Notes: generated by a model from the letters alone, not told the origin. A stretch of DNA of 37,538 nucleotides from Candidatus Eiseniibacteriota bacterium (GCA_031366795.1 JANLOX010000208.1:1-37538); one strand, 5' to 3'; shown: positions 20,687 to 31,572, counted from the first letter of the stretch. Numbers and translations: made by a program.

Positions 20687-22209
20687 AGGTTGCGCCAGGC
20701 ATGCCCGCCGCGCCGCGGCAATGCCTTGGCGGTCTCGGGTCCCCACGAACCGGGTTCGTAGTTCGGGAAGTCCGTCGGCGGCTCGCTCTGGATGTGCTCG
20801 AGGATCGGCGTGATCCAACGCCACGACGCCTCTACGGCGTCGCGTCGCGAGAACAGCGTCGCGTCACCGCGCATGGCATCGAGCAGCAGGCGCTCGTAGG
20901 CTTCGGGCGGCTCGCCCCCGAACGCCTCGACGTAATTCATGTCCATCGCCACGTTACCGACCATGTTGTCGAAACCGGGGATCTTCGAGGCGAAGCTCAA
21001 GCGGATACCCTCGTCGGGCTGGATGCGCAAGGTCAGGACGTTAGGCTCCAAGTGCTCGCACACATCCTCGCGGCCGAACAGCGACAGCGGCACGCTCTGC
21101 ATGTGGAATGATACTTCGGTCACACGCTTGGCCATCTTCTTGCCCGCGCGCAGGTAGAACGGCACCCCCTGCCAGCGCCAATTGTCGATGAACACGCGCA
21201 GGGCCGCGTAGGTCGGCGTCACGGAGTCGGGCGCGACATCCGGCTCCTGACGGTAGCCCTTGTACTGGCCGAGCACGACGTCGCGCACGATCGTGTCGGC
21301 CCACGGCTGGCGAAGCGCGCGCAGCACCTTCAGCTTCTCGCCGCGGATGTCATCCGCGTCCGCGGTGTTCGGCGGTTCCATGGCCACCAGCGCCAACACT
21401 TCGAGCAGGTGGTTCTGGACGATGTCCCGCAGCACGCCGGTCTGCTCGTAGAACTTGCCGCGCGTGCCGACGCCCACCGTCTCGGCCGCGCAGATCTCGA
21501 CGCGATCGATGTACTTCCGGTTCCACAGCGGCTCGAACATGCTGTTGGCAAAGCGGAACACAAGAATGTTCTGGACCGTTTCCTTGCCCAGGTAGTGGTC
21601 GATGCGGAACGTCTGGGATTCATCGAGCACACTCGCGACCACGTGATTAAGCTCGAACGCCGAAGCCAAATCGTGACCGAACGGCTTCTCGATCACCACA
21701 CGCGTCCACGGCTCGCGCTTGGCCGGCGTGATCAGCCCCGCGGCCTTGAGCTGGGTCAGGATGGTCTCGAACTCGGAAGGCGGAACCGCGAGGTAGAATA
21801 GGCGGTTGCCCTGCGTGCCGTGGTCGATCTCATGACGCTCGAGCCTGACCTTCAACTGGGCATAGGTCGCCGGATCGCTGAACTCTCCCGCGACGTAGTC
21901 GAGCCGCTTCGCGAATGCCGCCGAGTGCTCCGCATCCCCCGCCGCCCCGGGGGCGAACTCGGCCAGTGCGCTGATCACGCCGTCGCCGAATTGCTGCGCG
22001 CTCTGGGGACGACGGGCGACTCCGATGACCGAGAAGTTGTCCTGGATGGCGCCGTAGTGGATCAGCCGCGCGATCGCCGGCATCAACTTGCGGTGTGTCA
22101 GGTCACCGCTGGCGCCGAACACCACGAACGCGCACGGGGGCGCCATGCGCGCTTGTGGCACCGCAGCGCCCTCGGGGCGCTTTGCCTCGACGTGCGACGT
22201 GCTGGTCAT
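20683..22209 (-). CDS. zwf: Glucose-6-phosphate 1-dehydrogenase
   Basis: FGASGDLTHRKL, IEKPFG, FRIDHYLGKETVQN, DIVQNHLL, WRWQGVPFYLRAGK, EAYERLL. Confidence 0.97.
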   Translation of the reverse strand: MTSTSHVEAKRPEGAAVPQARMAPPCAFVVFGASGDLTHRKLMPAIARLIHYGAIQDNFSVIGVARRPQSAQQFGDGVISALAEFAPGAAGDAEHSAAFAKRLDYVAGEFSDPATYAQLKVRLERHEIDHGTQGNRLFYLAVPPSEFETILTQLKAAGLITPAKREPWTRVVIEKPFGHDLASAFELNHVVASVLDESQTFRIDHYLGKETVQNILVFRFANSMFEPLWNRKYIDRVEICAAETVGVGTRGKFYEQTGVLRDIVQNHLLEVLALVAMEPPNTADADDIRGEKLKVLRALRQPWADTIVRDVVLGQYKGYRQEPDVAPDSVTPTYAALRVFIDNWRWQGVPFYLRAGKKMAKRVTEVSFHMQSVPLSLFGREDVCEHLEPNVLTLRIQPDEGIRLSFASKIPGFDNMVGNVAMDMNYVEAFGGEPPEAYERLLLDAMRGDATLFSRRDAVEASWRWITPILEHIQSEPPTDFPNYEPGSWGPETAKALPRRGGHAWRNL

Positions 22210-22211
22210 GA

Positions 22212-23108
<897 letters not shown>

Positions 23109-23280
23109 TCGCCCTCCCTGTGCGAGTCGAAACTGCTATCCAGCATCCCTGCTTACCATGAAACGCGAACCGAACGCTGTCAACGCCACGGGACACTCGA
23201 TCCGCGCCCTTAAAGACTAAGGCGACGGAGCACCGGCTCCGCCGCCCACATGTTTGCCTGCCGCCTGTTCGCGACGCCCG

Positions 23281-26200
23281 CTAGGCGGCGAGTCGGGTGG
23301 ACTGGCCGTTGAGCCCTTCGATGTAGACCCTCACTCGTTCCACCTCGATGCGCGCCCGCTCGAGCGGCGGTTGCGCGACGCCAAGGTCGTTGTCTCGACC
23401 ACAACGCTCCAACTCGGTGAAGGCGCCGACGCAATGCCGCGCACCGATGGTGGCAGCCATGCCCTTGAGCCCGTGCGCCTCGAATTCGACGCGGCGGGCA
23501 TCGCGTGCGGCGATGGCGTCGGAGAGCCGCTCGACGCGATCGCTGACATCGCCGAGGAAGGTGTTGAGCAACGCTTCGCGCAACCCCGGGATGCCCATCG
23601 AGGTGTCGTTGAGCCGTTCAAAATCGATCGGGTCCCCGGCCGTGGGCTCCGCCCACTCGGGTGTTCCCTCGTGGAGGGCTTCGGGCGGTGAAGCCTCCGG
23701 CATGCGCATACGGTCGTATTCCGCACGGCCCACGATGGAGATGCGCGGCGCGGGCGAACTCGACACCAGTCCGCGAGCCGATTCGGTCAACCGCGCTTCT
23801 GGCATGATGGCACTGCTGGCATGCGAGGACGGCGACTCGGCCGAGGTCGACTCGGCGACGGTGCCCGTGGCGGCGCGTACGCCGGCGGATTCCGGCTGGC
23901 GGCCGTGCGTCCAACGCTCGACCGATTCGACGAGCAGCCCCAGGTCGATCGGCTTGCTGAGGTAATCGTCCATGCCCGCCGCGAGACAGCGTTCCCGTTC
24001 GCCCGGCTGAGTATTTCCCGTCATGGCGACGATGGGTGTCCGCGAGCCGCCCCGTTCACGGGCGCGGAGCGCGCTGGTCGCGCGGTAGCCATCCATGTCC
24101 GGCATGTGCAGGTCCATCAATACGAGGTCGTAACGCGTGCGGCTGCTCAACTCGAGCGCTTCCGAAGCTCGCTCGACCGAATCGAACGCATAGCCATGAC
24201 GGCGCAACGACCATTCGGTGACCAGACGATTGACCGGATCATCCTCGACGAGCAGCACGCGGAAGCGGCCACGACGCGCTTCAGCCAGTGAGTGACGCGT
24301 CACCAGCGGCCCCTCCGTCGTCTCGAGCGGCGACGCCGGGCGGCGCATCACCTCGACGAGCGCGTCGTAGAGTTCCGACCACGGCACCGGCTTGATCAGG
24401 TAGGCCGAGAAGCCTGCGCGCATCGCCAACTGCGCATCGCCCTTGCGGCCGACACTGGTGAGCAGCATCGTACGCGTGCCCTGCAACTTCGGGTCGCGGC
24501 GAATCTCGAGGCCCAGCGACTCGCCCGAGATCCAGCCCAACTGGATATCGATCAGCGCCACCTGCACGGGCTCGCCCGAATCGGCGGCGAGGCGCAACTT
24601 GTTCAGCGCGTCGTCGTGATTCGAAGCCTGGTCGACATGGGCTCCCCATGCCTCGAGCATCTCCGCCATCGACTGGCGCAGCGCTGAGGCGGGGTCCACC
24701 AGCAGCACGCGCACGCCGCCGAGATCGACGGAGGCCAGTTCCGCCAGCGGTGCCTGCACGCCCACCTGCTTCTGCAGCGACAGCTCGAACCACAGCGCGC
24801 CGTGACCGTTCTCGCCGGTGTCGATGCCGACTCCGCCCTGCATCAACGTGACGAGGCGGCGGGACACGTACAGCCCGAGCCCCACGCCTCCGTAGCGACG
24901 CGCGGTGGCCGGATCGGCCTGGGCGAAGCTCTGCAGCACCCCACTCAAGTGCTCGGGCTTGAAGCCCGGCCCGATGCTGGCCACGGTGAAGCGCAGCGAG
25001 ACCGTGTCGTCGCGCTCGTTGACGCGCTCCACACGGACGCGCACCGCTCCCTTGTCCGTATACTTGAAGGCGTTGGTCGCGAGGTTCAACAGCACCTGGC
25101 GCAGCCTGCCCGGATCGCCCTTGACCTTTGAGGGCACATCGGGACCGACCTGTACCTCGAACCGCAGATTCTTGTCGCCCGCGATCGGCGCCAACAGCGC
25201 CGCGACCTGTTCGACCGTGACGCGCAGGTCGAAGTCCATCGCCTCGATCTCGATACGGCCCGCATCGATGCGGGAGAACTCCAGCGCGTCGTTGATGATG
25301 GCGAGCAGCGAGTGTCCCGAGCCGCGGATCACTTCGATCATCTCGCGATGCTCGGCCTCGAGGGTGGACTCGAGCAGCAGTTGAGCCATCCCGATGATGC
25401 CGTTCATCGGCGTGCGGATCTCGTGCGACACGCTGGCGAAGTGATCGCTGCGGTCACGCAAGGAACGCCGGGCGTCGTCGACTTCCTCGCGCGCCGCCTC
25501 GCGCTGGCGCACCAGCTCCTTGCACTCACGCAGCGACTGTTCGCTGTCGTGACGCGCGCTGTCCCGTTCGCTGCGCAGCGCGTCGAATTCGGTCTTCAAC
25601 GTTTCGTGCTGGTTGCGCAGGTCCGCGTTGACATCGCGGTTCCGCTGCGCCTCGAGTTCCGCTTCGAGCTGCGTGATCACCTGCTTCGTCAGTCCCTGCT
25701 CGCGCTTCACCTCGGCCGTCTCCGCTCGCGCGGCGGCGAGTGCCTGATTGGCCGAGGTGATCTCGTTGGTGACGGTGCCCTGCAGGCGGCGGAAGTCAGC
25801 CAGGTCCCCCTCGGCACGGTTCGCGCGCACGATTGCGGCCTGCGTCGCCGTTTCGGCCTCCAGGCGAAGTTCCTCGGCGCGCAGTGTGGCTTCGAGCGCC
25901 TCATTGAGTTGCGTGCGCGCCAGCTCTGCTTCGGCGCGCGCCTCTTCCGCGACGGCGACGGCCGCGGCCGTGGCGGCGGAGGCCTCGGCGGCACTGGCCG
26001 CGTCCAACGGGTTGCCCTCCGCGGCCGTGTTCATCATGCGATCGGCGATGTCGTTGTAGCTCGCGGGCGTCCACTCCTGCGCCCCAGGGCGGATGCCTGG
26101 AAGGTTCACGAGTTGCGGCGCGCGCGGGGACCCCGACGTCGAACCCAACAATTCCTCGGACTCATCGGGCTTCAGCGAGCGGAAACCCGTACGCGCCGTC

Positions 26201-26595
26201 GCCCCCCGGCGGGCGATCCCGACGAAGGCGGTCTCGCCATTGTTGTGCTTGATCCGGTTGACCTTGAATGCCACCCGCACCGCGTTCCCGGCCAGCGACA
26301 TCACGGAGCATTCGTATTCAGAGGAGGCGTCCTGCGCAGCACTGCGCAAGCGCAACAGCGTACGCATCGAGGAAATCCGCTCGAACGAGGCGATCAGCGC
26401 CACCGCCGACTGGCCGATCAGTTCGGACGGCTTGTGCCCGACCAGTTGTTCGATGGACGGACTGACCCACACCCAGCGGCCGTCGTTGTCACAACAGAAG
26501 ACGACATCCGGCGCACCGGACAGCACATCGCGCAATCCGATTGGCGCGGGAGTGAACGATCCGCTCATGGCGTTATGGTCGGTCTTGCGTCGCAT
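23281..26595 (-). CDS. Cytoplasmic hybrid sensor histidine kinase (PAS, coiled coil, HisKA, HATPase, REC, REC, HPt)
   Basis: PAS (WVSPSIEQLVGHKPSELIG), H-box SHEIRTPMNGIIG, N-box NLATNAFKYT, G2 GGVGLGL, REC LMDLHMPDMDG...YLSKP, HPt AHGLKG. No transmembrane segment seen. Confidence 0.92.
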   Translation of the reverse strand: MRRKTDHNAMSGSFTPAPIGLRDVLSGAPDVVFCCDNDGRWVWVSPSIEQLVGHKPSELIGQSAVALIASFERISSMRTLLRLRSAAQDASSEYECSVMSLAGNAVRVAFKVNRIKHNNGETAFVGIARRGATARTGFRSLKPDESEELLGSTSGSPRAPQLVNLPGIRPGAQEWTPASYNDIADRMMNTAAEGNPLDAASAAEASAATAAAVAVAEEARAEAELARTQLNEALEATLRAEELRLEAETATQAAIVRANRAEGDLADFRRLQGTVTNEITSANQALAAARAETAEVKREQGLTKQVITQLEAELEAQRNRDVNADLRNQHETLKTEFDALRSERDSARHDSEQSLRECKELVRQREAAREEVDDARRSLRDRSDHFASVSHEIRTPMNGIIGMAQLLLESTLEAEHREMIEVIRGSGHSLLAIINDALEFSRIDAGRIEIEAMDFDLRVTVEQVAALLAPIAGDKNLRFEVQVGPDVPSKVKGDPGRLRQVLLNLATNAFKYTDKGAVRVRVERVNERDDTVSLRFTVASIGPGFKPEHLSGVLQSFAQADPATARRYGGVGLGLYVSRRLVTLMQGGVGIDTGENGHGALWFELSLQKQVGVQAPLAELASVDLGGVRVLLVDPASALRQSMAEMLEAWGAHVDQASNHDDALNKLRLAADSGEPVQVALIDIQLGWISGESLGLEIRRDPKLQGTRTMLLTSVGRKGDAQLAMRAGFSAYLIKPVPWSELYDALVEVMRRPASPLETTEGPLVTRHSLAEARRGRFRVLLVEDDPVNRLVTEWSLRRHGYAFDSVERASEALELSSRTRYDLVLMDLHMPDMDGYRATSALRARERGGSRTPIVAMTGNTQPGERERCLAAGMDDYLSKPIDLGLLVESVERWTHGRQPESAGVRAATGTVAESTSAESPSSHASSAIMPEARLTESARGLVSSSPAPRISIVGRAEYDRMRMPEASPPEALHEGTPEWAEPTAGDPIDFERLNDTSMGIPGLREALLNTFLGDVSDRVERLSDAIAARDARRVEFEAHGLKGMAATIGARHCVGAFTELERCGRDNDLGVAQPPLERARIEVERVRVYIEGLNGQSTRLAA

Positions 26596-26746
26596 CTGTG
26601 AGTGCCCCGATGAGGTCCAATAGGTCGTGGCAAATGGCGTGGAGGTCCGAGCTTCACCTGCCCCGTCCGGCTCCGAAACCGCGGTCTCGCGGCAACGCCC
26701 GTGCGCAACATCGCCCGCTCATGACAGCGGGTGTCTTCGGAACGGG

Positions 26747-26774
26747 TTATCGGCGGGAGTGGGGCGGGAGTTGA
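26747..26774 (-). promoter_or_regulatory. Putative sigma28 (FliA/WhiG)-type promoter upstream of the hybrid kinase
   Basis: TCAA-N16-GCCGATAA; the -10 matches the sigma28 consensus exactly. Confidence 0.5.
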
Positions 26775-26785
26775 GTCGCTCGTAA

Positions 26786-26832
26786 GGGTTGGGACGGCCC
26801 CCAACCCCGGGCTGGAGACAGCCCCCAACCCT
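26786..26832. repeat. Imperfect 23/24-bp tandem repeat with hairpin potential
   Basis: GGGTTGG-GACGGCCCCCAACCCC followed by GGGCTGGAGACAGCCCCCAACCCT. The first copy folds as GGGTTGGG/CCCAACCC. Confidence 0.65.
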
Positions 26833-26849
26833 GCCGATTACCCCCCGTA

Positions 26850-27365
26850 ATGAGCTCCCCGATCTACCAGGAATGGGCAGCCTGCCAGCCGCCCCGAAGC
26901 ACCCCCCCGCCCCGACCACCCCACCCCCTGCTGAGCGTGCTGGCCACGGCTCTGCTGCTCGCCGTCACCGTGCGCGGCTGGCACGAGGTCGAGCCGTTCC
27001 TCGCCTACCGGCCAATGGCGGCCCTGGTGGTGGCCGGGGAGGGTGCGGAGACCCACTTCAGTTACGAAGTCGATGGGCAGACCTATGTGGGCTCGCAGCT
27101 TCCGCCGGCTTCGGCACCATCGGACCAGGGAAGCTCCTCGCGCCTGGCACCGCCCTACTCCCCCGGAACGACCGTCGCCGCATGGTTCAATCCGTGGCAC
27201 CCTTCGGAAGCGGTGCTCTCGCGCTCACCGGACTCGCGGTTGCTGTCGTGGATGCTGGCGCTCGCCGTGATCGCAGGGCTGATGCTGCTGGTCGCGCGTC
27301 CACCGCGAGTCGAGTCGGCAAGCGATGGGGAACCGGAAGCCGAACGTGGCGAGCGCTCCGCCTAG
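26850..27365 (+). CDS. DUF3592-like membrane protein (two hydrophobic segments)
   Basis: TM segment, FSYEVDGQTYVG, GTTVAAWFNPWHPSEAVL, second TM segment; pattern recalled for DUF3592. Confidence 0.65.
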   Translation: MSSPIYQEWAACQPPRSTPPPRPPHPLLSVLATALLLAVTVRGWHEVEPFLAYRPMAALVVAGEGAETHFSYEVDGQTYVGSQLPPASAPSDQGSSSRLAPPYSPGTTVAAWFNPWHPSEAVLSRSPDSRLLSWMLALAVIAGLMLLVARPPRVESASDGEPEAERGERSA

Positions 27366-27473
27366 GAGCCTGTCCAAGTCGCGGCCTTTGGCGAAGCGTA
27401 CGCGCCAACAAGCCGCGGGGCATGTCCCGTGTTCAGTCGCGGTCATGCCAAGTGTCCGCACGGACACCTGCGG

Positions 27474-28280
27474 CTAGCGGAACTCGCCCAGCGCCTTGCG
27501 CACCGTTCCCCACGCGACCGATCCGGGCATCACGGGCTCGAAGTGCCCGGCGTCCTCGACCACGGTCAGCGTTGCGTCGTCATGGCGTGAGGCGCGCGCG
27601 ATGTAGTGCTCGAGATAATCGACGGGCACGATCGTGTCGTGACGGCCGACGATGTGCCGCTGCGGCACGCCCAGCGGCAACAGCTCCACGGGCGAGGCTG
27701 CGCGGAAGCGGTCGGGATGCTGCGCGGGGGTACCGCCCAGCAGGTCGGCGCACGCGGTGCCGCACAGGTTGCGACGCGCACCCTCGGCGAGATCGGCGAC
27801 TCCCGCGAGCGAAACCACGGCGTGAACGCCGAGCGGATGCGCGACCGAGATTGCGCTGCCGTGCGGCACGCGCAGGCGCGCGCCCAGCCACAACGCGAGC
27901 ATTCCTCCGGCGGAGTGCCCCAGCGCCATCACGCGCTTGAGGTCGAGCGCGTGCCTGGGCGCCAGCGCGCGCAGGTGATCTGCGCCGGCGCCGGCGTCGC
28001 GGAAGGTATCCGGCCAGCCGCCACCATTGCCGAGACGCCGGTACTCGAGGCTCCACACCGCGAACCCCTCGCCCGCGATCGCGCGGCACAGGGCGCTCAA
28101 GGGGAGCAGGTCGTAATCCGCGAACCAGCAACCGCCATGCAGGGCGATCACCACCGGATGGGGGCCGGGCGATGCCGGCAGGAACAAGTCGCCAAACTGC
28201 TGCGAGTCCTTGCCGTAGGTGAACCGATGCTCTGCTTTCGCCTGCGGCAACTTCATGTACTCTTCAACTGTCGCAAGCAT
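27474..28280 (-). CDS. Alpha/beta hydrolase (esterase/lipase, HSL-like)
   Basis: Oxyanion LHGGCW, EYRRLG, nucleophile elbow GHSAGG, catalytic Asp (HDTIVP) and His (AGHF). Confidence 0.9.
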   Translation of the reverse strand: MLATVEEYMKLPQAKAEHRFTYGKDSQQFGDLFLPASPGPHPVVIALHGGCWFADYDLLPLSALCRAIAGEGFAVWSLEYRRLGNGGGWPDTFRDAGAGADHLRALAPRHALDLKRVMALGHSAGGMLALWLGARLRVPHGSAISVAHPLGVHAVVSLAGVADLAEGARRNLCGTACADLLGGTPAQHPDRFRAASPVELLPLGVPQRHIVGRHDTIVPVDYLEHYIARASRHDDATLTVVEDAGHFEPVMPGSVAWGTVRKALGEFR

Positions 28281-28358
28281 GAACCACCGGACCTTTCGCC
28301 TTCAGTTATGGCCGCCGGGCGGCAAACGCCACTCCCCTTCTCGAGGAAGGATCCTCTC

Positions 28359-29309
28359 ATGCCCGTCCCGTCAACGACCGCCGGACCCCAGCTGCAGATC
28401 GCCGTGTTCATAGACTTCGAGAACATCGCGCTTGGGCTTCGTGATTCCCATGCGACCTTCGAGATCGGACGTATTCTCGACCGCCTGCTCGAGAAGGGCA
28501 AGGTCATGGTGAAGGTCGCCTACGCCGACTGGAACCGCTTCCGCAGCTACACCACGAGCCTGCATGAGCACGGCATCGAGTTGATCGAGATCCCGCGCCG
28601 CGAATCCACGGGCAAGAACTCCGCCGACATCCGCCTGGTGGTCGACGCCATGGACCTGAGCTGGAGCAAGGGCCACATCGATACGTTCGTGGTCGTCTCG
28701 GGCGACAGCGACTTCTCGCCGCTCGTCTCCAAACTCAAGGAAAACGGCAAGTACGTGATCGGGCTGGGCATGAAGGCCTCGACCTCGCCGCTGCTGGCGA
28801 ACAGCTGCGACGAGTTCATCTACTACGAAGATCTCGAACGCGGCGCCGAGCCCGAGCCGCAGGGCGACCGCTCGCGCCCAGCGCACGACAAGGCGGGCGC
28901 CTTCCGCCTGCTGGCCGACACCGTGCGCGCGCTGCAGCGCGAGAACTTCGAGGTCATGCAGGCCTCGCTGGTGAAGGACACCATGAAGCGCAAGCGCCCG
29001 GCGTTCAGCGAGGCGGCACTCGGCTTCGGCAGCTTCAGTGAATTGCTCGAGGATGCGCAGGACCAGGGCATCGTCACCCTGCGCAAGGGTGAACGCAGTG
29101 GCACCTACGTGGTGACCGGTGTCGCGAGCGAGCGGGTTGCTACGGGGCGGCGATCGCCGCGCGTGGCGCGCGTCGAGACCCAGACACTGGTTGAGGCTCG
29201 CGCACCCGAGATCGAGAACGCGGCGGAGACGGTTCCGGCGGCGCGTTCGCGCGCTACTGGAACTCGGCCACCTTCACGCGCTCGGCGCGGCCGGCGAGCC
29301 CGGGCCTGA
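28359..29309 (+). CDS. NYN (LabA/DUF88, PIN-like) domain protein with C-terminal OST-HTH/LOTUS
   Basis: AVFIDFENI, AYADW, GKNSADIRLVVDAMD, VSGDSDFSPLV, CDEFIYY; then MKRKRPAFSEAALGFGSFSELLE; Arg-rich tail. Real start ATG 28359 after GAGGAAGG. Confidence 0.9.
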   Translation: MPVPSTTAGPQLQIAVFIDFENIALGLRDSHATFEIGRILDRLLEKGKVMVKVAYADWNRFRSYTTSLHEHGIELIEIPRRESTGKNSADIRLVVDAMDLSWSKGHIDTFVVVSGDSDFSPLVSKLKENGKYVIGLGMKASTSPLLANSCDEFIYYEDLERGAEPEPQGDRSRPAHDKAGAFRLLADTVRALQRENFEVMQASLVKDTMKRKRPAFSEAALGFGSFSELLEDAQDQGIVTLRKGERSGTYVVTGVASERVATGRRSPRVARVETQTLVEARAPEIENAAETVPAARSRATGTRPPSRARRGRRARA

Positions 29310-31559
29310 ACCCGGAAGATTGAGCTTGGCGAGGAACACCGGCCAGCGCAGGTCGGCGTGCAGCGGCACCAGGTAGGCGCTCGAACGCGACAGAACGATC
29401 CCGGAGTCATGCAGCTCAAGCGCACGATCGAGCCAGCGGAAGGCCTCATCCGTTTCGTTGCGCATGGCATGCGCAGCGGCGAACTGGAACGCCCACTGTT
29501 CTTCCAGTGTGTGCATCCTTGCCACCGCCGCGTCCGAATCCGCCGGCCGGCCCATGACGTGGTAGGCAATGGCGAGCGCGTAGTCACGGTAGCCGGGTGA
29601 TGTGTCTTTCTGGATCTCAGCGACGGCCTGCTCGGCCTGCCCGAGCCGCAAATAGGCGAGGCCGAGCGAAGACTGGATCGGCGACATGCTGGGGCTCAGG
29701 TCGCGGGCTCTGAGGTAGGCGTCCACCGCGCCCTGTGGGTTACCCCGCATCCCCTCCACGCGCGCGCGGTTGATGTGCGTGTGCGGATTCAGCGGATCGA
29801 TCTCCTCGGCCTTCTTCAGCAGCTCCAGGCCCTGCTCCGCCTGGCCAAACACCGCGAGATACACGCCGAGCGAACCGATAGGACGGGCCGCCCCAGGCGC
29901 CAAAGCGCTCGCCCTGCGGAAGGCGTCGAGACTCTCCTGCCAGCGAAATTCCAGCGAGGCCAGAATCCAACCCAATACCTCATGCGCCTCGGAGAGACTG
30001 TCATCGAGCGCGAGCGCCCGCTCGGCGGCCTTGCGCCCGAGCGCGTGCGTCTCCTGGGTAGGACCATGGCCATAAAAACACTGGGTCACATAGGCGCTCG
30101 CCAGGCCTGCCCATGCGCGCGCTTCGTTCGGATTGACTTCGAGCACCTGCTGGTACAGGACGACGGCTCTCGCCAGCGCCGGACCAGTGCTCTGGTTCAC
30201 GAAATTGTTAGCCTGCAGCAGCAGCTCGTACGTCTTGCCATCCGTCTTCGTCGCCACGGCGGCGGACTTGCCGAGCAGCGTCACGTGCATCGCCGTGGCG
30301 ACCGAGCTTGCGATGTCATCCTGCACGGCGAAGATGTCGTCGAGCACGCGGTCATAGGTCTCGGACCACAGATGGAAACCGTCAGCCACCTTGATCAACT
30401 GCGCGGTGATCCGCACACGGTTGCCGGCGCGGCGCACGCTGCCCTCGAGCAGCGTGCCGACGCCGAGCTTGTGCCCGATCTCGCGCAGGTCCTCGTGCTT
30501 GCCCTTGAAGGCAAACGAGGAGGTGCGTCCCGTCACCTTGAGTCCCGGGTTCTTCGCCAGCACGTTGAGCAACTCTTCGGTCAGGCCATCCGAAAAGTAC
30601 TCGTTCTCGGGGTCCGCGCTCATGTTGCTGAAGGGCAGCACCGCTATCGACGGCGCATCCGGACGTGCGTCCTTGGATGCCCCCGACGCTCCCCCCTCCA
30701 GCATCCGCTGCAGCATGCGCAGTTCGCTGTGCGCGTCGGAGGCGCTCTGGTAGCGGTCGCGCGGCGACTTCTCGAGACAGCGCCCGACGATGCGGTCGAT
30801 ATCCAGGGGCAGCCCGGCGCGAGCACTCGACACCGTGAGCGGAGCATCCCGCAGAATCGACGAGCTCACATCCGCGAACGTGGCGCCCTTGAAGGGGCGT
30901 TGCCCGGTGAGCAATTCGTAGAGCATCACGCCGAACGCGAACACGTCGGTGCGCGCATCGACCGGCTCGCCGCGGACCTGCTCCGGCGCCATGTAGGGCA
31001 CCGAGCCGAGCACGAGTCCCGTCCCCGACAGCGGCAACTCCATCGTCAGAGCCTGTGTTGCATCGGTCGCACCCAACGCCTGAGGCGGCTTGGCGAGGCC
31101 AAAGTCCAGCACCTTCACGCGGCCTTCCGCGCTGACCATGACGTTCGCGGGCTTCAAGTCGCGATGCACGATGCCCCTGGCGTGCGCCGCGACCATCGCC
31201 TCCGCGAGCGGCACTGCCAGTTCGAGCACGCGCTCGAGCGGCAACCCGCCCGGCGCCACGAGCTTGTCGAGACTCTTGCCCTCGACCAGTTCCATGGTCA
31301 GGAAGCGGACACCATCGACCTCTTCGATCGAGAACAACGTGACGATATTCGGGTGGTTGAGCCCCGCGACCGTCTTGCCCTCGCGCTCGAAGCGCGCCAG
31401 GCGGTCGGCATCGCGCGCGAACGCCTCGGGCAACACCTTAAGCGCCACTTCGCGGTCGAGTCGCGGATCCCGCGCGCGGTACACCTCGCCCATACCACCC
31501 GCGCCCAGTTGCGCGACGATCAGGTAGGGGCCGAGACGGGTGCCGGGAGTGAGAGCCAT
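29274..31559 (-). CDS. Hanks-type Ser/Thr protein kinase with TolB-like N-terminal (SIAVLPF) domain and TPR repeats
   Basis: GAGGMGEVY, VALK, HRDLKPAN, DFGLAK, YMAPEQ; SIAVLPFSN...YFSDGLTEE; TPR-like helices. Confidence 0.92.
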   Translation of the reverse strand: MALTPGTRLGPYLIVAQLGAGGMGEVYRARDPRLDREVALKVLPEAFARDADRLARFEREGKTVAGLNHPNIVTLFSIEEVDGVRFLTMELVEGKSLDKLVAPGGLPLERVLELAVPLAEAMVAAHARGIVHRDLKPANVMVSAEGRVKVLDFGLAKPPQALGATDATQALTMELPLSGTGLVLGSVPYMAPEQVRGEPVDARTDVFAFGVMLYELLTGQRPFKGATFADVSSSILRDAPLTVSSARAGLPLDIDRIVGRCLEKSPRDRYQSASDAHSELRMLQRMLEGGASGASKDARPDAPSIAVLPFSNMSADPENEYFSDGLTEELLNVLAKNPGLKVTGRTSSFAFKGKHEDLREIGHKLGVGTLLEGSVRRAGNRVRITAQLIKVADGFHLWSETYDRVLDDIFAVQDDIASSVATAMHVTLLGKSAAVATKTDGKTYELLLQANNFVNQSTGPALARAVVLYQQVLEVNPNEARAWAGLASAYVTQCFYGHGPTQETHALGRKAAERALALDDSLSEAHEVLGWILASLEFRWQESLDAFRRASALAPGAARPIGSLGVYLAVFGQAEQGLELLKKAEEIDPLNPHTHINRARVEGMRGNPQGAVDAYLRARDLSPSMSPIQSSLGLAYLRLGQAEQAVAEIQKDTSPGYRDYALAIAYHVMGRPADSDAAVARMHTLEEQWAFQFAAAHAMRNETDEAFRWLDRALELHDSGIVLSRSSAYLVPLHADLRWPVFLAKLNLPGSGPGSPAAPSA

Positions 31560-31572
31560 TGCGGTGAATCTA
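31560..31572 (-). promoter_or_regulatory. Leaderless-type -10 element for the kinase
   Basis: TAGATT (31572-31567), 7 nt, ATG 31559; no SD. Confidence 0.55.

Noticed and set aside
23155..23183. sigma70 promoter for gnd (TTGACA-N17-CATGGT, minus strand)
   Set aside because: Perfect -35 but weak -10; plausible, yet not supported well enough to list.
27362..27476. Possible MITE/IS end (CTAGGAGCCTGTCC) between convergent genes
   Set aside because: The other end (GGACACCTGCGGCTAG) matches the expected inverted repeat poorly; only a small hairpin GTGTCC-GCAC-GGACAC is clear.
27606..28358. N-terminal extension of the NYN ORF in the track (567 aa)
   Set aside because: Overlaps the alpha/beta hydrolase antisense; a good SD supports ATG 28359.
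28281..28358. GGCAAAC motif suggesting a c-di-GMP-I riboswitch
   Set aside because: The GNRA/receptor and second stem elements are missing.
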